DNA of 64,000 nucleotides from a virus (taxonomy: Duplodnaviria; Caudoviricetes): positions 64,001 through 128,000 of IMG/VR virus record IMGVR_UViG_3300026549_000032; one strand, given 5' to 3'. Position 1 is the first letter of the stretch, and each line of letters begins with the position of its first letter. The notes beneath the pieces are model-generated. The model was not told the DNA's origin. It did no database searches and saw only the letters and a program-made list of their open reading frames with translations. Shown here piece by piece: positions 20,673 to 28,730 of this stretch. The translations under genes were made by a program, and so were the position numbers.

Positions 20673-20735
20673 CACTTATAAGGCTGTTCTAACTTAAGGA
20701 TCGCGTTTTCACCAGGTGGGTAATCCTTATTAGAG
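20673..20735. promoter_or_regulatory. Divergent putative promoter pair (CCTTATAAGTG minus; CCTTATTAGAG plus, variant)
   Basis: Recurring motif on both strands between divergent genes. Confidence 0.6.
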
Positions 20736-20744
20736 AGAAAATAT

Positions 20745-21443
20745 ATGAATATGAAAAAGAAATTTAATCTAAATGATTTTAGAGGATTCTTTAAAGCAGG
20801 GAATCCTGGCATGATGACTGCGTTCGATGATATTATGACGAAGAAAGAAGCTGTCCAAAGTCCATACATCCTGGAAGAAAGGGAAATGCACGTGACACAG
20901 ATGGATATCTTCTCTCGACTCATGGGAGAACGTCAAGTCTTCTTTGCCTCAGAGGTAGATGACTATTCGGCTAGTATTACAATAGCTCAGCTTTTGTACT
21001 TGGATAGTCAGTCGGACACAGACATAACTATGTACATCATGACTGGTGGTGGTAGTTGTAGTGCTGGTCTGGGAATATGTGATACGATGAACTTTATTAA
21101 GTCTGATATCAAGACGATCAATGTATCCATGGCTGCCTCTATGGGATCGCTCTTGCTTTCCTCGGGAACACGAGGTAAAAGATTTTCACTCCCCAATGCG
21201 TCGTGCCTTATTCACCAGCCCTTAATTGGAGGTGGTGGACTTAGTGGTCCGACAGCAGACATTATGATTGAAGCTAAGCAGATGGAACTCCTCCGGGAGC
21301 GTCTGTTCAGATATTTGGCTCAGAGAACGGGCCAACCTTACGAGAAGATCTTTGAGGATGCTAGACGAGATTTCTGGCTTAATGCTGAGGAATGTAAGAA
21401 GTATGGCATCATTGATGAGATTATCGAAACTAAGATGGATTAA
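20745..21443 (+). CDS. clpP: ATP-dependent Clp protease proteolytic subunit
   Basis: MDIFSRL, AQLLYL, AASMGS (Ser), IHQP (His), RDFW (Asp). Confidence 0.95.
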   Translation: MNMKKKFNLNDFRGFFKAGNPGMMTAFDDIMTKKEAVQSPYILEEREMHVTQMDIFSRLMGERQVFFASEVDDYSASITIAQLLYLDSQSDTDITMYIMTGGGSCSAGLGICDTMNFIKSDIKTINVSMAASMGSLLLSSGTRGKRFSLPNASCLIHQPLIGGGGLSGPTADIMIEAKQMELLRERLFRYLAQRTGQPYEKIFEDARRDFWLNAEECKKYGIIDEIIETKMD

Positions 21444-21470
21444 TTCTGGCATTAGTTTTAGTTTGGTTTT

Positions 21471-21505
21471 AGGGAAAGACGGTCCGTGAGGATAGTTCTC
21501 CCTTT
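21471..21505 (+). terminator. Intrinsic terminator with GUGA tetraloop
   Basis: AGGGA...TCC-GTGA-GGA...TCCCT then T-rich; similar to the 62452 hairpin. Confidence 0.6.
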
Positions 21506-21523
21506 CTATTCTTAACATGAATT

Positions 21524-22372
21524 ATGTACAAGTACTATAAATGTAAAGATTTTGATTGGTACGGAAGCGACCAATTTAAGGTAGGTGACGATCCAGAAGA
21601 TAGAAACTTCGTGCTAGTGATCGGAGAAGAAAAGAGAGATTACTGGATTAAGTTACCTGGTGATAAAACTTTCCGACGAGTGAAGACGGAAGGTGGAGGT
21701 ATGTACAGTAGCGGGGATAACACGTCTTCGTACGGTCTTACTTGGGCCACTGAGAAGAAGTTCCTAGAAAGAGATAGCATTGGTAGATACTTCAGGAAAG
21801 GTGATAAGGTCATGTTCCAGAATAGTATTTTCCACTTCGATTTCTTTGAACCAACGGACGAGTACGACTTAGAGAAGGCGCCAAAGATAGACTTCCCACA
21901 AGATGTCTATTGGGCTCTTCGCCTTCTGAAGAAAAAGGATAACTCTGGGTACTTAGTATTGTACGACCAAACGTACTATGATCCAGTAGATCCGGATCCT
22001 TTCACAGATCCAAAACTGTGGACCCTGGATGGTGCAGTAGAGCTTGACCTAGCTTGTTCAAAGGTCACAAAGACATACAAAGTTGAGAATTACAGCACCT
22101 ACAAAGATGGTGGTACTATAGTAGTTAGTCTAGTGGACCCAGAGAGTGGTAAAAAGATGGAACTACTAAGTCCTAATCGCTTAGGGAATCCAGAAGAAAA
22201 CGGTACCGCTACAGTAGACGGAGAGGAAGTTTTCCTAAGACTTAGGGAAGAGGATGAAAAATACTTCCCTATTCTGAAAAAGATAGAGAAGGTACTTGGA
22301 ATTAGGTTTTATAGTGAGGAAGAGTATTATGAACACGAGCAGTTGTTACGAAAGCATAGAACCGGAGTATAA
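21524..22372 (+). CDS. Hypothetical protein
   Basis: 282 aa ORF. Confidence 0.75.
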   Translation: MYKYYKCKDFDWYGSDQFKVGDDPEDRNFVLVIGEEKRDYWIKLPGDKTFRRVKTEGGGMYSSGDNTSSYGLTWATEKKFLERDSIGRYFRKGDKVMFQNSIFHFDFFEPTDEYDLEKAPKIDFPQDVYWALRLLKKKDNSGYLVLYDQTYYDPVDPDPFTDPKLWTLDGAVELDLACSKVTKTYKVENYSTYKDGGTIVVSLVDPESGKKMELLSPNRLGNPEENGTATVDGEEVFLRLREEDEKYFPILKKIEKVLGIRFYSEEEYYEHEQLLRKHRTGV

Positions 22373-22712
22373 TCCGAGAAGTCCAGATCGCCAGATGGCT
22401 TATAGGACAAAAAGTGTTCGTCTCTGGGGTGATCAGGTGGACAAAGAGCTGGTGGAAATTGAGAATGCCATCAATGAGATCCTAAAAGAAAATCCTGGCC
22501 TGACTAGAGAGGACATTACTCTCAGTACAGAAGCAGAACCGGAGGAATACGAGGATTGGTATAATGGAGTATTATCTCTTGGCTATTACACTCCCGAAAC
22601 AGATGAAGAGTGGAAGTGGAGACTAGAGAATATGGATCATGAAGTTAAAGAGCTCCGTAGACTCATGGCTCTTCATCCAGAGGAGGTAGAAAAATTTAAA
22701 AGTAGGACGTAA
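22329..22712 (+). CDS. Hypothetical acidic protein
   Basis: First ATG of the ORF at 22329. Confidence 0.65.
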   Translation: MNTSSCYESIEPEYNPRSPDRQMAYRTKSVRLWGDQVDKELVEIENAINEILKENPGLTREDITLSTEAEPEEYEDWYNGVLSLGYYTPETDEEWKWRLENMDHEVKELRRLMALHPEEVEKFKSRT

Positions 22713-22716
22713 AATC

Positions 22717-23250
22717 CTACTTCTTTTTTGTTTCTTTGTCTAAGATCTTTAACATCTTAGGGAGCCTGTGTTCACCAGCCATATTCTTGACCAAGGTTGC
22801 AACACCTTTTTGATCTCTCATCGCCTGTACATAGAGAGGTTTTTCACTAGTTCCTCTTAATACAAGTTCCGAGATCTCATCCGTCCTACAGAAGTTCGTC
22901 TTAGCTACACACCAGATATTTAGATCAGGATGTAATAAGCCTTTCCCCCGAAGGTCACTCATTAAGTGCTCTCCCAAGCCAGACCATTCCACTCCATAAT
23001 CCCCTTTCAGTTTATAGAAGCTATCGAGTATAATAGTATCAAACTCGGCTAGGTTAATCTTAGCCAAGCAATCTAAGATACATGGGAGTTCTCTCTTATA
23101 GAATAGTCCGGGTTGATATGGTTCAAACTCCGTCGACCAGACAGTAATTACTTGGGAAGGAGCTTCGTCTGAGAAGTCATTAAAAACAACTCCAACAGTC
23201 CGAGCTTTTTCCTCCCCAAAGTAGTATGTATCGATGGCTATTTTATACAT
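22717..23250 (-). CDS. nfi: Endonuclease V-like protein
   Basis: IAIDTYY, YQPGLFYKRELPCI, IILD, VAKT, LRGTSEKPLYV, GEHRLP. Confidence 0.85.
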   Translation of the reverse strand: MYKIAIDTYYFGEEKARTVGVVFNDFSDEAPSQVITVWSTEFEPYQPGLFYKRELPCILDCLAKINLAEFDTIILDSFYKLKGDYGVEWSGLGEHLMSDLRGKGLLHPDLNIWCVAKTNFCRTDEISELVLRGTSEKPLYVQAMRDQKGVATLVKNMAGEHRLPKMLKILDKETKKK

Positions 23251-23593
23251 AACCTTCAATTACCTTGGCTCCAGTCAGGTCATAATCCTTTCCTTCGTAG
23301 GTAACTGATTTCTGGTCTTCGTCGATCTCGATGATGTCCATGATTGTCATGTAAGCAATTCCACCACAATCATCATCGTCCCAATCGTCTCCTTCTGAGT
23401 AGTCGTCATCCCAATCATCCTCATCGGAATCATAGTCGCACTCGTCATCGTCCCAATCTACGGGATCTGCCTGGAAGTGATCGGGATATTCATCCCTTAC
23501 AAAATAGCCAAACTCAGTATCATCTGGCTCATGATCACATTTAAAGACATAGATGTCTCGTGTTTTGTCACTTTCTGCGATTACTGCGTACAT
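23243..23593 (-). CDS. Highly acidic protein with DWDDD repeats
   Basis: DWDDDECDYDSDEDDWDDDYSEGDDWDDDD. Confidence 0.75.
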   Translation of the reverse strand: MYAVIAESDKTRDIYVFKCDHEPDDTEFGYFVRDEYPDHFQADPVDWDDDECDYDSDEDDWDDDYSEGDDWDDDDCGGIAYMTIMDIIEIDEDQKSVTYEGKDYDLTGAKVIEGYV

Positions 23594-23599
23594 TGTTGT

Positions 23600-24397
23600 T
23601 TAATTATTTAAGTTTATTATTGAAGCGGACTCTGTATTAATAGAACCAGTGCCCATCAAGTCAATCAACTTAAGATCACCAATCTCAGGGACTTCATAAT
23701 AGTCCTCCTCAGTTTCAGAGATTACAATATTAATAGCCTGCTCGCCCTTTGTATCATAGAGCATAAGTCGCCAACTCTCTTTGTAGTCATGGCTAAGCTT
23801 AAGCTGACCAATCCTGAACAAGAATAACTTCCCAGTATCATTGTAGGTATTGGGATCTTCCTCATCCTGGACAGTCTCTCGGACAGCAGCTACTATGTTC
23901 TTACCATACTGTAAGAGCTGTCTCTGATCTTTACCTGAACTCTCACTGATGGCTTTAATAGCACCAAAGGGGAGAGTTTTAGTTTCGTCCCAGAGAGAAT
24001 CAATCCTACCAAAAAACTTCTCCTCTTCAACAACGGCACAGTGGAGAGAATACGGCATGAATCTGTTCATCGTACTCTGAATACCCTGTCCCATAATGTC
24101 GAAGGTAAAGCCCTCAGGGATGATAATTTCTTCAATCTCTGTCTTATCCTCCTTTCCTTCCTCGTTCTCACTGAGGTAGTACTTAATGGTATAAGTCATT
24201 GTAGCGGGATTGTAATCATAGATATCTATGATGTGTGCCGTGGCGAAGGAATTCATCCAAGTACCGTCCTCCTTTCGTGTGTAGTGGATTCGAATAACCT
24301 CTCCTCCAATGTACTTCAGAAGATCTCCTCCCGTCGGCAACCACTTAGTATCACCGCTGTTGTAAGAATACTGTTTCTTAAATTGTTCTACTTTCAT
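23600..24397 (-). CDS. Hypothetical protein
   Basis: 265 aa ORF. Confidence 0.75.
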   Translation of the reverse strand: MKVEQFKKQYSYNSGDTKWLPTGGDLLKYIGGEVIRIHYTRKEDGTWMNSFATAHIIDIYDYNPATMTYTIKYYLSENEEGKEDKTEIEEIIIPEGFTFDIMGQGIQSTMNRFMPYSLHCAVVEEEKFFGRIDSLWDETKTLPFGAIKAISESSGKDQRQLLQYGKNIVAAVRETVQDEEDPNTYNDTGKLFLFRIGQLKLSHDYKESWRLMLYDTKGEQAINIVISETEEDYYEVPEIGDLKLIDLMGTGSINTESASIINLNN

Positions 24398-24768
24398 ATT
24401 AAACCTTGTTTACTGAGTTGTATCTCAACTTGTCCCCAATCAATGTACGGTTTCTCTGACAAGTCTTGGTTATAAGTCAGAGGTGCTCCAAGTGCAGCAT
24501 CGTCTATGTAGAGATTTGCGTACACTTTCCTCGATTGTGTCCACCTGAACTGAGTGGGGTTGTTGTTAATCGCATACAGAGGAATTTCATTCAGCTCAAA
24601 CCACTTTCTGGCTGCTTCCTCGGTAGGCCCTGATCTCATTGTATGAAGGATAAGCTTATGTCCTTTCTCAACGAGTCGCTTAAGAATAGGAACGGCTCCT
24701 ATGTCTTTTCCTATTCTAGGATACTCATGTGTCACACAAGTACCGTCAAAATCAATTGCTATAAACAT
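24394..24768 (-). CDS. HAD-superfamily phosphatase (BT0820-like)
   Basis: IAIDFDGT, LILHTMR, KVYANLYIDD. Confidence 0.85.
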   Translation of the reverse strand: MFIAIDFDGTCVTHEYPRIGKDIGAVPILKRLVEKGHKLILHTMRSGPTEEAARKWFELNEIPLYAINNNPTQFRWTQSRKVYANLYIDDAALGAPLTYNQDLSEKPYIDWGQVEIQLSKQGLI

Positions 24769-24771
24769 ATT

Positions 24772-24828
24772 CACCTATAAGGTTGATGGGGGCCCAAAAA
24801 CGCAAAACCCTTGAAAATCTTAAGTATG
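24772..24828. promoter_or_regulatory. Divergent putative promoter pair (CCTTATAGGTG minus; TCTTAAGTATG plus)
   Basis: Both boxes lie 2-3 nt before an ATG. Confidence 0.65.
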
Positions 24829-24830
24829 AT

Positions 24831-24920
24831 ATGAACAGAGTTTATTGTATAAATGAAATTGTTAATGGAATTTTATACAGGACTCGAGAGAATAAGACAG
24901 GACACGCTTTTGTAGTTTAA
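24831..24920 (+). CDS. 29-aa small ORF
   Basis: MNRVYCINEIVNGILYRTRENKTGHAFVV; ATG 2 nt after promoter box. Confidence 0.5.
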   Translation: MNRVYCINEIVNGILYRTRENKTGHAFVV

Positions 24921-24922
24921 TA

Positions 24923-25033
24923 ATGTACAAAACACGAGATATAATTTCGGAAACTGATCCAAACTCAGTCAAAAGCACGACGAGTCTCAACCACAGTGAG
25001 ACAAAGTCATCTAACAACATTAATGTTTTATAA
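24923..25033 (+). CDS. 36-aa small ORF
   Basis: MYKTRDIISETDPNSVKSTTSLNHSETKSSNNINVL; 2 nt after the previous stop, 1 nt before the next ATG. Confidence 0.45.
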   Translation: MYKTRDIISETDPNSVKSTTSLNHSETKSSNNINVL

Positions 25034-25034
25034 G

Positions 25035-26084
25035 ATGAACAAATTTCTGATCTACACCTCGAACCCGAAGATCATGCCTAAGTCAATGGCTGATATCGTG
25101 GAGTTCGCTAAGAATGAGCCGAAGTTCCGCATTGCTAATGTTGAGCTGAACACTCACCTGGCAAACGTCAAGGCTGGTGACCACATTGTGACCACCAAGG
25201 GTAACAACCTGTATGTCATCAAGGCATATCAGGATTCTCTCGAGAACCTTTCAGAAGAAGAGCGTACGTACATTGACACGCTCACGCGTGAGTACGCCAT
25301 GAAGAAGGTCAATATCACTGGTGTATCGAATGTTATTAAGTTCGAGAACTGGTGCAAAAGTGCTAAACCATTAATCAAGACAACAGAAAAAGAAGACAAG
25401 ATGAACAAGACGAATTCTATCAAGGGCTATGCTGCCCGCATCAAGGAGATGTTCATGCCTACTGAGGCTAAGGACATCCGCGTAGCAACCGACGGTAACC
25501 TGTGTGTTGCCACCAGTAATGGTTATGTGGCTATTGACGCCGCCAACAACCTGCTCTCGTATCCCGAGGAGTTCACTATCGACCTGCCCGTGTATATCAT
25601 TAGCAAGCCGAAGGAGCAGCTCAAGCCCGGTGATGTGATTGCACTGGAGCGCAGCTATGCCAAGGTCGTGAAGATCGAGGGTGACAAGATCACCGGTATC
25701 AGTTACACTGGTTCTGGTAAGACCATCCACCTGATCAAGGACGTTCTGTTCAACCAGGCTATGGTCCGCGTGGCCGTATCTCTCACCGGTTCAATCGGTG
25801 GTCAGATCAATCCCATGCTGCTGATGGCCCTGAACGACGACGACAAGAAGGATTCGCTCCTGCCTCTGCTCCTCATGAACCAGCAGGGTGGCGCCGTTGG
25901 CATGAACCCCATGCTGATGCTCGCTCTGGCAGGCAAGGAGGACGGTAAGTCTTCTCTGAAGGACCTGCTGATGATGTCTGCACTGACCGGCAACAACCTC
26001 TTCGGAGGCGCCGCATTCGGTGTTCAGGCACCTGCACAGGTAGTAGACGCTCCTGCCGAGGCTGAGGCTCCGGCTGCCGAGTAA
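25035..26084 (+). CDS. Hypothetical protein with C-terminal NPMLLM-type repeats
   Basis: Strong C-ending codon bias; Met/Leu-rich repeats; start at ATG 25035. Confidence 0.85.
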   Translation: MNKFLIYTSNPKIMPKSMADIVEFAKNEPKFRIANVELNTHLANVKAGDHIVTTKGNNLYVIKAYQDSLENLSEEERTYIDTLTREYAMKKVNITGVSNVIKFENWCKSAKPLIKTTEKEDKMNKTNSIKGYAARIKEMFMPTEAKDIRVATDGNLCVATSNGYVAIDAANNLLSYPEEFTIDLPVYIISKPKEQLKPGDVIALERSYAKVVKIEGDKITGISYTGSGKTIHLIKDVLFNQAMVRVAVSLTGSIGGQINPMLLMALNDDDKKDSLLPLLLMNQQGGAVGMNPMLMLALAGKEDGKSSLKDLLMMSALTGNNLFGGAAFGVQAPAQVVDAPAEAEAPAAE

Positions 26085-26094
26085 AAAATGAACG

Positions 26095-26127
26095 AGGGTA
26101 CTCTTACTGTGGTTAAGGGTACCTTTT
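26095..26127 (+). terminator. Hairpin / intrinsic terminator
   Basis: AGGGTACTCTT...AAGGGTACCTTTT. Confidence 0.55.
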
Positions 26128-26151
26128 ACTTTCAATGTAAAACCAAACTAT

Positions 26152-26943
26152 ATGGACAATACGTTTAATTATCTCAATCTTTGCAGTATTTATAGAACAG
26201 AAGGATATGCCAACTATTCGTTAGGTAGCTATCCTTGTTTCGCAAAGACTCTCAATCGATGGGGCAACCATGATGCTAACAACGTTCAACGCGTGCATTA
26301 TGAGATCTACTTGATAAAAGGCTTAGATTCAATCAAAGCTAACAATAGAAATAATGCATGTCTCCTGAACAAGAAGGAGATTGAAGGCTGGCTTCAGATA
26401 GCTAAAACCTACCATCCATTCAAGTATAAACTGGAAAACAGTGAGTATAAGTTGGAAGGTAAGAAGTACGAAGCTTGGCGCTTGCACATCGATATGGAGG
26501 GTAATTATACTCAGCACAAGTGGATCTTGACATCCCTGCGTGGATTTTATGAATATCCGTTTAATATGTGGTTTATTGACGCACATCGCCTCAGGGCAAC
26601 GGATCCTCAGAAGTTCCGTGGAGAGTCTATCCTCAATCTCATGGAGACTATCATCTCATCATTCCCCAACAGTTATCAGACTGATCAGTCACTGCTCCTG
26701 CCTAATCGTCAGTTCCATAGCAAGAACTATGTGAAGAAGAAGATTGGTGAAGGAATCCAGTACATCACGAAGATCTACAACGAGGAAACAACGAGAGACT
26801 TTAAGCGAATTGCTGATGCAGGCGCCACTTGTCTCCACTCCTTCGATTGGTGGATGAATGAGGAGTCTTTTGCAGAACGAGCAAAGATCTATCATGAAAA
26901 TTACGATAAGATTAAGAAACAAACGAAGCCAGAAGCAGTATGA
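26152..26943 (+). CDS. Hypothetical protein of the amidoligase cluster
   Basis: 263 aa, ATGA overlap with GATase. Confidence 0.75.
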   Translation: MDNTFNYLNLCSIYRTEGYANYSLGSYPCFAKTLNRWGNHDANNVQRVHYEIYLIKGLDSIKANNRNNACLLNKKEIEGWLQIAKTYHPFKYKLENSEYKLEGKKYEAWRLHIDMEGNYTQHKWILTSLRGFYEYPFNMWFIDAHRLRATDPQKFRGESILNLMETIISSFPNSYQTDQSLLLPNRQFHSKNYVKKKIGEGIQYITKIYNEETTRDFKRIADAGATCLHSFDWWMNEESFAERAKIYHENYDKIKKQTKPEAV

Positions 26944-27566
26944 AAGTATTCGTAGTGGGACCCAGTGTCGGGTATTCAAGATTTATTGAGGACCTGGAAC
27001 TGGTTGACGACATGAAGGACGCACAAGTAGTCCTTTTCACTGGAGGCGAGGATATCAATCCTGAATTGTATGGATGTAAGAAACATCCGTCTACTTGGTT
27101 CAATACCAAGCGTGACCAATTCGAGGTTGAGTCTTTCAAGAAAGTCGCCTCAGACCAACTTTGCGTGGGTATATGCCGTGGATTTCAGCTTTTCTCAGCT
27201 ATGTATGGCGGGAAGTTAGCTCAAGACGTATCAGGTCACTGGTGCGGACGGAGTCACAGCATAACCAACGGAAAGATAACTTATGAGATTACGTCTCTCC
27301 ATCATCAGATGGTATATCCATTTAACCTGGATCAGAAGGATTTCGAAATCCTCTACTGGGCTGAAGGAATAAGCCACTACTATGAGGGAGATGGAATTGA
27401 TCCTAAGTTCTTTAGTATGTTTGGCGAGCCTGAGGTAGCTCTCTTCCATAGGGAGGGACTTCCGACGTGTCTTGGTGTGCAAGGTCACCCTGAGATGATG
27501 GCAGGTTCACCAGTTGCGAAGATGATTAATGATTTAATTCGTCAAAACATAAAGAGATGTCAATAA
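26940..27566 (+). CDS. Class I glutamine amidotransferase (peptidase C26-like)
   Basis: FTGGEDI, GICRGFQ (Cys), SLHHQ, VQGHPE (His/Glu). Confidence 0.9.
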   Translation: MKVFVVGPSVGYSRFIEDLELVDDMKDAQVVLFTGGEDINPELYGCKKHPSTWFNTKRDQFEVESFKKVASDQLCVGICRGFQLFSAMYGGKLAQDVSGHWCGRSHSITNGKITYEITSLHHQMVYPFNLDQKDFEILYWAEGISHYYEGDGIDPKFFSMFGEPEVALFHREGLPTCLGVQGHPEMMAGSPVAKMINDLIRQNIKRCQ

Positions 27567-28619
27567 AAGATATAACAATTGGAGCAGATCCTGAGTTGTT
27601 TATCATAAACAAGAAGACAGGAAAGGTCGTATCATCCATAGGATTGATCCCTGGTGAAAAGGGTAATCCTTGGGTAGGCGAAGACATGCCTACAGGATTT
27701 GGCTTGGAGATTGATAATATCTTGGCAGAATTCAACATTCCTCCTGTTACGGACGGACTCAGTTTCGTCAATAACATCGAGTATATGAAGAAGTATATTG
27801 AAAGATTTGTAAGTGAGAAGGACCCGAATCTCGGAATCCTTTGCGCTGCAAGTCAATCAGTGCCATCAGATCAGCTCCAGTCAGACGAGGCAAAACAGTT
27901 CGGCTGCAGCGTCGACTACAATGCCTATACGGGAGGTCCTAATCCTAAGCCAAAGGGTGAGACGACAAACTTAAGAAGTGCAGGTCAACGAAGGCCTGAA
28001 GCGCAGTAATGCGCCGTTGAATAAATCAAAAACGGTAAACGAGTAGATAACTAGTCTTGAATACCGTGCTAACCTAGGGAACTAAAGAACCCTAGACAGT
28101 GTAACGCATAGAGGTTGAACCTCATCAAACGATGAGAATAAAATATCTCCACGAGTGATTTACTCCAGGATTGCCTGGATGAAAATATATGCTGAACTTA
28201 CGGAAATTATCTAGGACCGTAAGAGCTATAGGATAAAAAGCCTATAGGGTAACAAATTGTTTCATATCCATATTGGATACAAAAACTATAATGCAGATAC
28301 CTCTATCCAGTTGGTCAAATATCTGGATCAGTATCTCGGAATCCCGTCGATTATTCGAGACCAGGACAAAAAGAGAAGATCTCTATACGGTAAAGCCGGT
28401 TGTTTCCGACTTACGGGCTACGGAGTAGAGTACCGAGTACTATCTTCTGCCCTCATGAAAGATGAGGAGAGCCTGGATTTCGTATGGCAGAGAACGATGC
28501 GTGCCATTCAGATGTATAATGAAGGTGCAAGTCTCTTGCCAACTGCAGTCGTGCAAGATATCATTAACAATACAAAAGTTAAGACCGCTGAACAGGTCAT
28601 TGCCGACTACAATCTCTAA
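27557..28619 (+). CDS. phiEco32-like COOH-NH2 ligase type 2, spliced: join(27557..27985,28260..28619), 262 aa
   Basis: IGADPELF, DNILAEFNIPP, FGCSVDYNAY, LRSAG|FHIHIG, RRSLYGKAGCFR, YGVEYRVLS. Confidence 0.9.
27986..28259 (+). ncRNA. Group I self-splicing intron (274 nt, no ORF)
   Basis: Exon ends in U, intron ends in G; P1 CAGGU/GCCUG, P3 TAAATCA/TGATTTA, P4 ACGGTA/TACCGT, P7 GCATA/TATGC, P8 TCCAGG/CCTGGA, P9 hairpins; removal restores frame. Confidence 0.9.
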
Positions 28620-28627
28620 AGATATAC

Positions 28628-28730
28628 CCGCTGCGAGGAGAGTTTCCGCACTTAACCGTGTGGGCTCTCATTCAGCGGTGATAGAAAATAAATCATTAAT
28701 TTAGTTATAAACAAAAAATTTTAGCAGCGG
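28628..28730 (+). promoter_or_regulatory. Long hairpin with an alternative pairing partner abutting the next start codon
   Basis: CCGCTG/CAGCGG, GAGAG/CTCTC, CCGCAC/GTGTGG stems; second GCAGCGG at 28724-28730. Confidence 0.45.

Noticed and set aside
27557-28619. Pseudogene, two separate genes or programmed frameshift
   Set aside because: The intervening 274 nt has group I helices and splice signatures, and removal restores the conserved motif in frame
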